A stretch of DNA of 64,000 nt, taken from assembly GCA_963727485.1 (NCBI GenBank), contig CAVSGM010000002.1, forward strand, positions 384,001 through 448,000. Direction: 5' to 3'. The notes under the pieces are model-generated. The model had not been told where the DNA came from and ran no database searches. It saw nothing but the letters and a program-made list of their open reading frames with translations. A program made the position numbers and the translations under genes. Within the stretch, counting starts at the first letter, position 1. The number at the start of each line of letters is the position of its first letter. Below are positions 10,943 to 20,812 of the stretch, one piece after another. The DNA is from an uncultured delta proteobacterium. GTDB taxonomy: Bacteria > Myxococcota > Myxococcia > SLRQ01.

Positions 10943-11410
10943 ATGGCCGACGACCCCACGAGCCCCATCGACGACGCCGACGAGCGCCGGCGCGAGCGGC
11001 GCCTGTGGGTCGGCCTGGGGGTCGCCTCGGTGGTGGCCGCCCTCCTCTTCGGGCCGGGGCTGGTGCACCTCTCCGAGCGGCAGATGGAGATGGAGGCCGC
11101 CCGGTGGCCCTCGACCTGGCGGCCCGTGGCCCGGGCCATGGTCTCCCTCGCCGAGCGGGTCCCCGCCGAGCGACGCAGCGGCCCCGGGGACGAGGCCTGG
11201 GTCCCCGAGGCCATCCGCCACCTCCACGGGCGGGTCGACGCCGCACCGGGCCGGGTCACCGTGACCTTCGGCGATCCCGCCCACCGGTTCGGCTACCGGC
11301 TGGTGCCGGACCCGGCGGAGGCCGACGCCACCCACCTCGCGTGGCGCTTGAGCTACTTCTCCTACAGGCTTGATTCGCCGAAGGTTTTGAAGGTGATCCG
11401 CCGGCCCTAG
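10943..11410 (+). CDS. Hypothetical single-pass membrane protein
   Basis: ORF with one hydrophobic segment (LWVGLGVASVVAALLFGPGL); TGcTAGCGT 7 nt upstream of the ATG. Confidence 0.55.
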   Translation: MADDPTSPIDDADERRRERRLWVGLGVASVVAALLFGPGLVHLSERQMEMEAARWPSTWRPVARAMVSLAERVPAERRSGPGDEAWVPEAIRHLHGRVDAAPGRVTVTFGDPAHRFGYRLVPDPAEADATHLAWRLSYFSYRLDSPKVLKVIRRP

Positions 11411-14022
11411 CCGACCCCCACCGTCCCCCGCTTGCCCCCAGGCTGGAGGTCGGCGCAGTTCGGGAAGGGCCCGGTGGCCCCGGTGGGATCGGCCAGCAGG
11501 TAGCGGGTGACCGTCGCCTTGTCGAAGCGCCGGGAGAGCCAGAAGAGGTCGTACTCGTTGACCTTGTCGATGGTGCGGATGCCCAGCTCCTCGATGCGCC
11601 CGAGGATCCGGTTCCGGGAGGCGTCGATGGTGTCGCGCTTCTCCTCCCACTTCAGGCCCCCGACCTCGTCGTAGGCCATGGTCAGCTGCCCGGTCTTGAG
11701 CCGGTCGAGGTCCGGGCGCAGGGCGATGCCCTCGAGCTCCGGCTGCACCCCCATCCCCGGGAAGAGGTAGAAGCCCTGGAAGCAGCCGATGACGTCGATC
11801 TCCTGCTGGAGGGTCTCCACCAGGGAGACGGTGAGGTCGACGTCCTCGGGGGTCTCGTGGAAGTAGCCGGCGATGAGGTTCACCCGGTTGAGGATCCCCG
11901 CCTGGTGGGTGTGCCGGAGGGTGGCGAGGATGTCGGCGCGCTTGAGGCCCTTGTGCATCCGCTCGAGGATGGCGTCACTGCCGCTCTCGGCGCCGAAGTT
12001 GAGGAGCAGGCACCCGCTCTGGCGCATCAGGGACGCCAGCTCCTGGGAGACCTTGGTGGGCCGGCAGGAGTCGGTCCACTGGATCCCCGCGTCGGCGTCC
12101 ACCAGGAAGCGGCAGAAGCGCTCGAGCCACTTGGGCCCGATGTTCACCAGGTTGTTGAGGAACACGAAGTCCCGGGCGCCGTAGCGCTCGGAGAGCTCGA
12201 TGAGCTCGCCGGCGGCCTTCTCCGGGGCCTGGATGTCCAGGGACTCCTTGGCCGAGCAGAAGGTGCAGCTCGCGGTGCACCCCTTCACGAACCCGAAGGG
12301 CAGGTAGAGCAGCGGGTCCACCGGGTCGTCGGCGCCGAGGAGGCCGTCGGCGACCAGGCGCCGGCGCACCGGCTCCGAGAGGCGGCCCTGGTAGCGCTCG
12401 AGGGGCATCCCGTCGAAGTCAGGCCTCGGCATCGCCGCCATGTGGGAGCGGACCACCCGGTTGCGGATCAGCTCGCCGCCCTCCCGGGCGCACATCCCGG
12501 GGACGTCCTGGATCCGCCGGTCGCCGTAGGCCAGGAGGTGGGCGAGGCCGAGGAGCGGCACCTCGCCGTCGCCCTCGCACACGTAGTCGAAGGGCATGCC
12601 CTCGCCGAGGCCCCGGTCGGCGTCGACCTGGTCCCGCTCGCCCCCGAGGACCGTGGGGTAGCCGGTCTCGGCGCGGACCTTCCGCGCGAGGCACGAGGCC
12701 AGGTTCATCTGGAAGTTGCCGTAGTAGTCGACGATGGAGAAGCCCACGAGGGTCCGCCGGGGGAGCGCCTCGGCGAGGGCGGGCCACATGGCGTCGACGG
12801 CGGCGTCGATCCCGGCGTTGGCGCCGCCTCCGAGCCAGGCGTCGACCGCCGCGTCGTCGGCGAAGACCCCGAGGGGCACCGCCTCGAACTCGCCGGCGAG
12901 GTCCACCACCCGGGTCTCGAAGCCGTAGGCCCGCATGAACGCCGAGAGGCGGGCGATGGCCAGCGACGGGAGGCGCAGCTCGTCGTGGCGGTTGCGGAAC
13001 CGGGGCACGTGGACCAGGACCAGGTCCAGGGGCCGGGAGCGCCGGCGGGCCTCGGCCTCGGCGAGGTGGCGGCGGACCGTGCGGCCGGCGTCCACGGCCG
13101 AGCGCGGGGCCGCGAGACGCTTCGTGCCGGTGGCACCGGCGAGGGCGTGGCGCACCAGCAGCTCGTCGGCGCCGCGCGGGTCGAGGGGGACGTGGTCGGC
13201 ACGGCGCCCGTCGAGGCGGAGGAGCAGGTCCCGGCCCTCGTCGTCCCACCGGGCCACCAGCGCGCCGTCCCGGCCCCGGACCTCGAGCTCCAGGGGCCCC
13301 TCGCCGACCATGGCCCGGTCGAGGTCCACCTCCAGGCCGACCCCGTCGAGGAGGCCGTGGGCCACGTAGCGCTCGGCGCCCGGGTTGGCGACCAGCTCGG
13401 TGGGGGCGGTCACCGCCCCGGCGCCGGGGACGCAGAGCTCCAGGAGCCGGTAGGCCGGCCCCGCGAGGGCCGCCAGGCGCGCGACCGTCGGCAGATCGAA
13501 GTCGAAGGAGAGCCGCGCCCCGCCCTCGAAGGGGGTCCGGTGGTTGGAGGCCGGGAGGCGCCGGCGCCCGGCGGGGGTGCGCACCGCCACCTGGGTGAGG
13601 GGCCCGAGGGCGCCCGCCCGGACCTGGCCGAGGAGGGTCGCCATCGCCAGGGAGCCGATCCCCTGGCCCCCGGCGTGGAGGGTCCCGGTCCCGAGGCCCT
13701 CGAGGGCGGCGAGGTCGTCGGGGGGAAGCCCCATCCCGTCGGCGAGGATCACCGTGGCCCCGGCCTCGAGGCCCGCCCGGGCCAGGCCCCCGGCGTCCGG
13801 GACGTCCGCGTCGACGAAGAGGCACCCGCCGGCGGTGAGCTCGCCGAGGACGGCGGCGCCGCCCGCGGCCCGGATCGCCGTCAGGTCCTCCGGGGTCCGG
13901 ATCGTCAGGGCCGCCGCGCCCCCGAGGCGCTCGAGGCGGCGGGCGAGGCCGTCCGGACGGGCCGAGATGGCGAGGACCGGTCGACGCAGAGCCCGGCCAC
14001 GGGCCGCTGGGAGGGAAGCCAT
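11407..14022 (-). CDS. Cobalamin-binding radical SAM enzyme (class B methyltransferase-like) with a degenerate Gfo/Idh/MocA-like N-terminal region
   Basis: B12-binding region (PSLAIARLSAF..VVDL, VGFS, TVLGG, DYVCEGDGE), GCTASCTFC, GAESGSDAILERMHKG. An N-terminal extension of about 330 aa resembles a Rossmann oxidoreductase. Confidence 0.85.
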   Translation of the reverse strand: MASLPAARGRALRRPVLAISARPDGLARRLERLGGAAALTIRTPEDLTAIRAAGGAAVLGELTAGGCLFVDADVPDAGGLARAGLEAGATVILADGMGLPPDDLAALEGLGTGTLHAGGQGIGSLAMATLLGQVRAGALGPLTQVAVRTPAGRRRLPASNHRTPFEGGARLSFDFDLPTVARLAALAGPAYRLLELCVPGAGAVTAPTELVANPGAERYVAHGLLDGVGLEVDLDRAMVGEGPLELEVRGRDGALVARWDDEGRDLLLRLDGRRADHVPLDPRGADELLVRHALAGATGTKRLAAPRSAVDAGRTVRRHLAEAEARRRSRPLDLVLVHVPRFRNRHDELRLPSLAIARLSAFMRAYGFETRVVDLAGEFEAVPLGVFADDAAVDAWLGGGANAGIDAAVDAMWPALAEALPRRTLVGFSIVDYYGNFQMNLASCLARKVRAETGYPTVLGGERDQVDADRGLGEGMPFDYVCEGDGEVPLLGLAHLLAYGDRRIQDVPGMCAREGGELIRNRVVRSHMAAMPRPDFDGMPLERYQGRLSEPVRRRLVADGLLGADDPVDPLLYLPFGFVKGCTASCTFCSAKESLDIQAPEKAAGELIELSERYGARDFVFLNNLVNIGPKWLERFCRFLVDADAGIQWTDSCRPTKVSQELASLMRQSGCLLLNFGAESGSDAILERMHKGLKRADILATLRHTHQAGILNRVNLIAGYFHETPEDVDLTVSLVETLQQEIDVIGCFQGFYLFPGMGVQPELEGIALRPDLDRLKTGQLTMAYDEVGGLKWEEKRDTIDASRNRILGRIEELGIRTIDKVNEYDLFWLSRRFDKATVTRYLLADPTGATGPFPNCADLQPGGKRGTVGVG

Positions 14023-14099
14023 GGGGGCAGTCTAGCCCAGCGGCGCGCCGGCCTTCCAGGTGGGCGACGCGCCCGGGCCTTCGTGTAGGATGGGCGCCG

Positions 14100-17048
14100 G
14101 TGGACACCCAGAGCCAGCGCATCTCCGAGCTCGCCGTCGGCGCCGGCTGCGAGCTCGACTGTCCGGTCTGCGCCTGCAACGCCTCGGGCGGCGCCGATGC
14201 CGGCGCCCTCGCCCGGGCCCTCGCCGGGGGCGGCGCCCGGCTCAACCTCGTCGGGGGCACCCGGGACCTCGCCCAGGTCCTCGACCTCGCCCACCGGGGC
14301 CGGGACGCGGGCTTCGCGGAGATCGTCGTCCGGACCAGCGCCCTGGCCTTCGCCGAGCCCGGCGCCGCCGTGACCCTGTTCCGGGAGGGCGTCGACGGGG
14401 TCCGGGTGCCCCTCTACTCGGCCCGCGCCCAGGTCCACGACCGGATCGCCGGCCGCGAAGGCGCCCTGGTCCAGGCCCTGGTCGGGATGCGGGCCCTGGC
14501 GGCGGCCGGGTGCTTCGTGGAGATCGAGACGCCCCTGCTCCCCGAGCGCCTCCAGGACCTCACCGCCGTGGTCGACCTCGCCGCCCGGGCGGTCCCGGAC
14601 CTCCGCGCGGCGCGCTTCCACCTCCCCCAGGGTCCGGTCCCGGCGGCCCTGGCACCGCCCGCCTTCGGCGTCGCCGGCCCGGCCCTCGCCCGGGCCCTCG
14701 CCCGGTGCGAGGCGCTGGGGGTCGAGGCCCCGCTGACGCCCGCCGAGGCCATCCCCTTCTGCGCCCTCGCGGCCCACCCCGAGCACCTCCGGGCCTTCCG
14801 CTTCGACCCTCGGCGCCGAGCCCGGTCCCAGCCCTGGGCGAGCCACCCGGCCCTCTGCGAGGGCTGCGCCGCCCGGCCCCAGTGCCAGGGGCTCCCGGCG
14901 TCCTACCTGACGGCCCACGGCACCGCCGGCGTCACGCCCTTCGCCCGGCGTCCCCGGGATCTCTACGACCAGCGGACCACCCCCCGCCGGGTGTGGACCG
15001 ACGACCAGCGCGAGGCCGCCTCCCGGGCCAGCCTCCTGGTCCTGCGCCCGACGGTGAACTGCAACCAGGACTGCGTGTTCTGCTCGGCGAACGAGACCTC
15101 GGGGAACGTGTGGTCCGACCCGGACCGGATGTACCGGGTCATCGCCCGGGCCGCGCGCCGGAACCTGCGGCAGGTGAGCTTCAGCGGCGGCGAGCCCACC
15201 CTCTCCAAGCACCTGCCCTCGTTCATCCGCGTGGCCCGGCGCGCCGGGATCCCCCGGGTCGAGGTGGTGACCAACGGCGTCCTCCTCGACACCCCGGAGC
15301 GGGTCGCGCGCCTGGTGGACGCAGGCCTCACCCACGCCTTCGTCTCGCTCCATGCCCACGACGAGAACCTCGCCCGGGGCCTCACCCAGAAGGTGGGCGA
15401 CTTCGAGCGGACGGTGCGGGCCATCGGCCTGCTCTCCGAGGCCGGGGTGAAGACCGCCGTGAACCACGTCATCACCACCCGCAACTACCGCTACCTGCCC
15501 CACTTCGTGGCCTTCGCCCGGGCGCGCTTCGGGGGCCGGGTGGGGATCTCCTTCGCCTTCGTCACCCCCCAGTACAAGGCCCTGGAGCACCTCGATCTCC
15601 TGCCCCGGTTCAGCGACGTCATGCCCTACCTGAAGCGGGCGCTGCTGCGCGCCCTCGACCTGGGGCAGCCGGCGTGGGTGGGCTCGCGACAGGGCATCCC
15701 GCCCTGCCAGCTCGGCGCCTTCCAGGCCTGGTCCGACGTCCTGGGCCTGGCCGAGGAGGCGGTCTCCGAGGACGGTCCCCAGAAGACCCACGGGCCCGCC
15801 TGCGAGGGCTGCCGCTACGCCCGGGTGTGCACCGGGGTGTGGCGGCCCTACGCCGCCCGCTACGGGACCGACGAGCTGCGCACCGTCCCCGGAACGCCGG
15901 TGGAGTCCCTCGACGCCGAGGCCCTGGCCAGCATGCGGCAGAACGACTTTGGCATCCCCGAGGACTTCGACCACGTCCTCGACACCCTCCGCGACCGGGC
16001 GGACGAGGCCGCGACCCGGGCCCTCGCCGACGCCGCCGAGGCCGAGCCCGAGCCCTCGGCGCCTCCGGCCCTGGATCGGAGCCGGCCGCTGCGCGTCGCC
16101 CTGGTGGGCACCGGCCCCCGGGCCCGCCGCCTGGCCCGGGAGCTGACCCGGGTCCCCGGGGTCAGCCTCGACGCCGTGGCCTCACCCCACGCCCCGGACG
16201 GGGACCTCGGCGAGTTCGGCCACTGCCCCGCCTACCGGGACGCCGCCGAGGCCCTCGACGACATCCGCCCCGAGGCGGTGGTCATCGCCGCGGCCACCCG
16301 GGCCCACCGGGCGCTGGCCGAGGACGCCCTCAACCGGGGCATCCCCGTCCTCCTGGAGAAGCCGCTGGCCGGGCGCCTCGAGGACGCCGAGGCCCTGGTG
16401 GCCCTCGCCGGCGACACCGGCGTCCCCCTGGTCCCGGCCCACAACCTCCTCCACGCCCCCGGCCTCGCCGAGCACCTGGCCGGCGGGCCCCACGCGCGCA
16501 TCGACTACCACCTCCGGTGCCCCGCCGATCGCCCGGACGCCCCCCGGGCCTGGTCCCACGCCGGGCTCTACGAGACCCTCTACCACGTGCTGGTGGTGGT
16601 CGGTCGCGGCGCCGGCGGAGGCGTCCCCGAGGTCCGGGCCGCGTCGGCGACGGGCACCACCCGACCCTCCCGGGTCCGGGCGACGCTCGCCTACGCGGAC
16701 ACCGAGGCCGAGGTCCGCCTCGACTTCGACGCCGCCGTGGAGGACCTGGCGGTGGCGGTCTCCGGCGCCGACGGCGAGGCCCGGACCTGGCGCCGGGCCC
16801 GGGGGACGGCAACCCTCGAGGCCGGGGGCGTGGTGACGCCCCTCGAGCCCCGCGCCGGGGAGCTCGAGGCGATGGTCGCCGCCTTCCGGGATCACGTCCT
16901 CGGCCAGGGGCCCGCGGCGGCCTCGGCCTCGGAGGCGGTGGACGTCATGGCGGCCTGCGACCGGGTCATCGCGGCCCTCGAGGCCGCCGGCGCGCCCCTG
17001 CGCCGGGCCCGGGCCCCCAAGCACGTGGCCTCCCGGACCCTCGGCTGA
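14100..17048 (+). CDS. Tandem double radical SAM protein with auxiliary CxxCx5C motifs, fused to a C-terminal Gfo/Idh/MocA oxidoreductase
   Basis: CELDCPVC with CEGCAARPQC; CNQDCVFC with GGEPT and CEGCRYARVC; then RVALVGTG and VLLEKPLA. Confidence 0.85.
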   Translation: MDTQSQRISELAVGAGCELDCPVCACNASGGADAGALARALAGGGARLNLVGGTRDLAQVLDLAHRGRDAGFAEIVVRTSALAFAEPGAAVTLFREGVDGVRVPLYSARAQVHDRIAGREGALVQALVGMRALAAAGCFVEIETPLLPERLQDLTAVVDLAARAVPDLRAARFHLPQGPVPAALAPPAFGVAGPALARALARCEALGVEAPLTPAEAIPFCALAAHPEHLRAFRFDPRRRARSQPWASHPALCEGCAARPQCQGLPASYLTAHGTAGVTPFARRPRDLYDQRTTPRRVWTDDQREAASRASLLVLRPTVNCNQDCVFCSANETSGNVWSDPDRMYRVIARAARRNLRQVSFSGGEPTLSKHLPSFIRVARRAGIPRVEVVTNGVLLDTPERVARLVDAGLTHAFVSLHAHDENLARGLTQKVGDFERTVRAIGLLSEAGVKTAVNHVITTRNYRYLPHFVAFARARFGGRVGISFAFVTPQYKALEHLDLLPRFSDVMPYLKRALLRALDLGQPAWVGSRQGIPPCQLGAFQAWSDVLGLAEEAVSEDGPQKTHGPACEGCRYARVCTGVWRPYAARYGTDELRTVPGTPVESLDAEALASMRQNDFGIPEDFDHVLDTLRDRADEAATRALADAAEAEPEPSAPPALDRSRPLRVALVGTGPRARRLARELTRVPGVSLDAVASPHAPDGDLGEFGHCPAYRDAAEALDDIRPEAVVIAAATRAHRALAEDALNRGIPVLLEKPLAGRLEDAEALVALAGDTGVPLVPAHNLLHAPGLAEHLAGGPHARIDYHLRCPADRPDAPRAWSHAGLYETLYHVLVVVGRGAGGGVPEVRAASATGTTRPSRVRATLAYADTEAEVRLDFDAAVEDLAVAVSGADGEARTWRRARGTATLEAGGVVTPLEPRAGELEAMVAAFRDHVLGQGPAAASASEAVDVMAACDRVIAALEAAGAPLRRARAPKHVASRTLG

Positions 17049-17065
17049 TGCGACCGCGACCCGGG

Positions 17066-18880
17066 CTAGGCGTCGTTGCGGAGGATGACGTCGCAGACGC
17101 GCGAGGGCCGCGCCCGAGGGTCCCACCTTCCCCGGTACGCAGGTCGTAGTGCCGGGAGCGGGCGAAGGCCGGGTGTCGCTCCTCGGCACGAGCTCGAGGT
17201 CCACGGGCGCCGCCTCCGGGTGCTCGAGGCGCACCTGGAACCTGCCGGGGTCACGGAGATGGGACCGAAGCGCCAGCCGGCGGCAAAGGGTCCCTCGAGG
17301 TCCAGGGGTCGCACCAGGCGCGCGAAGCGGTCGCGCACCGCCGGTGAGGCGGGCGCGGCGTCTCCTCCATCCCCAGGCGCCGGCTCGGGACGGCGGGTTG
17401 CCGCAGCGAGGACCCGGGCGGCGTCGACGTCGGCCCACCGCTCGCCGGCGGCGTCGAAGGCCTCGAGGAGCACCTGGAAGATGCGGAGCTGGTCCTGGCC
17501 CCCGGTGCGCTCCACCACCTCGACGGCCACCTCTGCGAAGCGGGCTACCTGGGGGTCCTGGAACCGCCAGGGGTTCGAGGGGAAGTAGCCGTAGCGCCGC
17601 GAGTTGTCGGCGGCCGCGGCGGCGAGGTGGTCGACGAGGAGGCCGTCGCGCCGGGCCAGGTAGTAGAGGGCCGTGTCCGGGTAGAGACGCGCCCGGCTGT
17701 GGAGGAGCTTTCCCCGGAGCCGGTCGAAGCGGGTCCGCCGGATGCCCTCGAAGTTCGTCCGCAGGTCGTCCATCCGGGTCCAGGGGCTGAAGAGGACGAA
17801 CCCGAAGGCGGCGTTGTCGAGGTCGAGGGTGTCGCCGAAACGTTCGCGCCAGCCCCAGAGGGCCTCCAGGAAGGCGACGTTGGTCTCGGCCCGGATGCCC
17901 TTGTTGTAGCGGTCGAGCTCGGGCTGGGAGAAGTTCTCGATACCCACCAGGTAGAGACAGAGCCGATCCCGCAGCCTCGGCGGCCTCCAGGGCCTGGACC
18001 AGGCGCCGCTCGCCCCGCAGGATCGAGTCGGCGCGGGTCTCCAGCATCAGGGTGAATCCCCGATCCGCCTCGCCACAGGTGGTCACCAGATCGGCGAGAT
18101 AGCCGAAGGGGTTCTGGTCCTTGAGGACCAGGTGGCCGAGCGCCGGGGCCTCGCCGCGGACGTAGCGGAGCTGGGCCAGGACCGAGTCGGCGACTCCTTC
18201 GTGGGACGGCCGTCGTGCTCGTTGCCGGCCGTGCAGAAGGCGCACCCGCGGCCATGGCCCGTTGGGATCTCCACCCGGCGTACACGGGGTTCTCCCGCGC
18301 GTCGGCCTGGTAGGGGCAGCCACCGTTCCCTGGAGGGCAAAGGTCCGGAACGACGGGAGGCGCTCGGGGTTGACGACCACCGGCCGCAGGTTCGGGCGGA
18401 AGTGCTCGGGCACCGGGGACACGGGGACCGTCTCCGCGGGGGCGACGAAGCCGGCCGCCTCCCGACGGAGGACCTTCTCGGGGGGCAGGTCGGCCTCTCC
18501 GGCGAGGTAACGGAGCAGGGGGCCGAGGGTGTACGGGTAGTGCTCGACGCAAATCCACTCCGCCGGCGGGTCCTCGATGTGGTGCTCGCCCCGGCAGTGG
18601 ACGAAGGTGCGTCGGGAGCCGCGCCCGGAGCCGCGTCACCAGGTCCCGGCTCCACACCCGCTCGTAGACCACCACCTGGTAGGGCTCCAGGGTCGAGCCA
18701 GGGCGGCCTCGGCGTCGGGGTCGGCGCCGCCTCGAGGACGACGACGACCAGGTCATTGGCGAGTCCGGCGTCCCGGAGCTGGCCCGACACCAGTGCGAGA
18801 TCCTGGTCGTCCAGGAACGACCGGTCGCCGTGGCTGTGGACGCTCAGGATCGCCACCTTCGGCGCAGCCGGGCCCTTCAT
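17066..18880 (-). CDS. Radical SAM-like protein with a split Cys motif; several frameshifts
   Basis: Joining frames gives GCPY-(about 20 aa)-RGCAFC, then LKDQNPF, LETRAD, VGIENFSQPELDRYNKG and FGFVLFSPWT (rSAM barrel motifs). Confidence 0.7.
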
Positions 18881-18976
18881 GGACCCAGGGTAGCCCACCG
18901 CTCGTCATCGGTAAACCACGTCCCCACGGTGCCGCGGCGACCTTGCACCGGCAATCGTGGTTACAACCTAGGCGGC

Positions 18977-20790
18977 ATGGCGTCCCCGGTCGACCCCGCC
19001 GCCCCGGTGGCGCTCCTCCTCGTCGGGGCCGGCGACCGGGCCCGGGCCTGGGCGCGCCTCATCGACCGGTCCCCGCGCCTGGTCCTCGTGGGCCGGGTCT
19101 CCCGGCGCGGGGAAGGCGCCGGGCTCGCCACCGGGGGGCCCGTCCACACCGACCTCGCCGCCGCCCTCGACGCCCACCCCGGCGCCCGGGTCGCGGTCGC
19201 CCTGCCCCCCCGGGCCGGCCTCGCCGCCGCCCGCTGACCTCGCCGAGCGGGGCCGCGCCGGCCTGGTCGAGGCGCCCCTGCCCCTCGTCGCCGAGGCCGA
19301 CACCCCCGGGGGCGCCGGGCGGATCCAGGTCGCCCACGGCTGGGTGACCCTCCCGGGGCTCGCCGTCGTCCACCGGGCCCTCGCGGCCCCGGGCGTCCGG
19401 GCCCTCTCGGTGCGGGTCCGGGGGCTCCCCGAGGCCCCCGGCGGCGATCTCCCGGAGGTCGTGGCCCAGGGCGCGGCCCTCCTCCGCCGCCTCTGCCCGG
19501 GGGCCGAGGTCGGCGCGGCGCGGGTCGACGGCGACGGCCTCCTCGAGGCCACCCTCGTCGGCGGTCCGGTGCCCGTGAGGTTCCGGGCGGAGGCCCACGG
19601 CCAGGGCCTCGAGGTGCGCCTCGAGGGCGACGCGGGGCCGCTGTCCTGGCGGGTCGAGGGGGACACCGAGTCCCTCTCGGCCGGGGCCGGCAGCGGGTAG
19701 CCGGTCGCGCCCGGTGGCCCCGGCGGCGACCCGGGCCCTCCACCAGCTCCTCGATCCCGGGGCCGCCGGCGGCGACGATTCTCGAGGCGGGCCTCGCCGC
19801 CGCCGCCCTCGCCCGTCGCCTCCTCGACCGCGCCGGACGCCGCCCCGCGCCCACCCGGCGGGCCCTGGACCACGCCGGCGCCCTCGCCGGGCGCCCGGGG
19901 GTCCCCCTCGGCGACCGCCTCGGCCTCGTGGGCCCCCTCCCCGAGGGCCCGCCGGCGCCGTTGCTGGCGGTCCCCCAGCCCGCAGCGCCCTTCGAGCGCT
20001 TCGCCTTCGAGGCCGGCCTCAAGCCGGTGGTCTTCCTCACCCTCCGCCCCGAGGACGAGGCGCGGGTCCGCGGGAGCTTCCCCGGGGCCCACGTGGTCCG
20101 GCGCGCGCGCCGGGTCGAGGTCGGCCCCCTCGACGCCTGGGACGACCGCCGGGACCGGGGCGAGCCGCGGGTCGAGCTCTACGTCTCCCGGGACCCGGCC
20201 CTCGCCGAGGAGGCGGCGCGGATCCAGGCCGAGGGCGACCCCAGCGCCTCGCTTCAGGCCCTCGGCGCGCTCATGGGCTACCCCAGGTGCTGCGTCGCCG
20301 CCTTCGCCGGCCAGGGCGACCGGAGCCACAACACCTGGAACCGCTACGCCACCGCCGCCCGCACCGGCGCCGGGCCCTGGCCCGCGGCCCTGAACAACCT
20401 CTTCGCCATGGTCGCGCCCTTCTTCCCCTGCCGCTACGACTGCCCCGAGGCCGCGCGGTGGGCCGAGGCGGTCCTGGCCGCGGTCGCCGCCGCCGAGCCC
20501 GCGGTGGCCGCGGGCCTGAAGGCGGCCCTCGCCCACCCGGTGCTCTACTTCGACGACGCCCACCAGGTGGTCCTCGACGGCCACCTCGAGGACGGCTGGG
20601 TCGTCTACCGAGGAGTCTTGGTGCCCCCGGAGAGCCCCGACGACCTCCGTCGCCTCGCCGGGGGCCTCGGCCCCGCCGGGCGCCTGCGCCTCGACGACGA
20701 CGCCCTCCGCCTCGAGCCCGCAGGGGGGCCGGCGCTCGCGTAATCCGCCGCACCGACCCGGGCCTGGGGCTCCTGGCGCCGTTCGCCTGA
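18977..20790 (+). CDS. Degenerate Gfo/Idh/MocA domain fused to a DUF483-like domain; frameshifted
   Basis: N-terminal LLLVGAGDRA..LVEAPL; C-terminal GLKPV, LGALMGYPRCCV and FFPCRYDC (DUF483-like). Probably ends GLGLLAPFA* at 20790 after a final frameshift. Confidence 0.65.
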
Positions 20791-20812
20791 CGCGCCCGGC
20801 GCGAGCACGGGG

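Noticed and set aside
10943..11410. RiPP precursor for the rSAM module
   Set aside because: 155 aa with a TM segment and no leader/core pattern or repeated motif; intergenic gaps in the module are too short to hide a convincing precursor.
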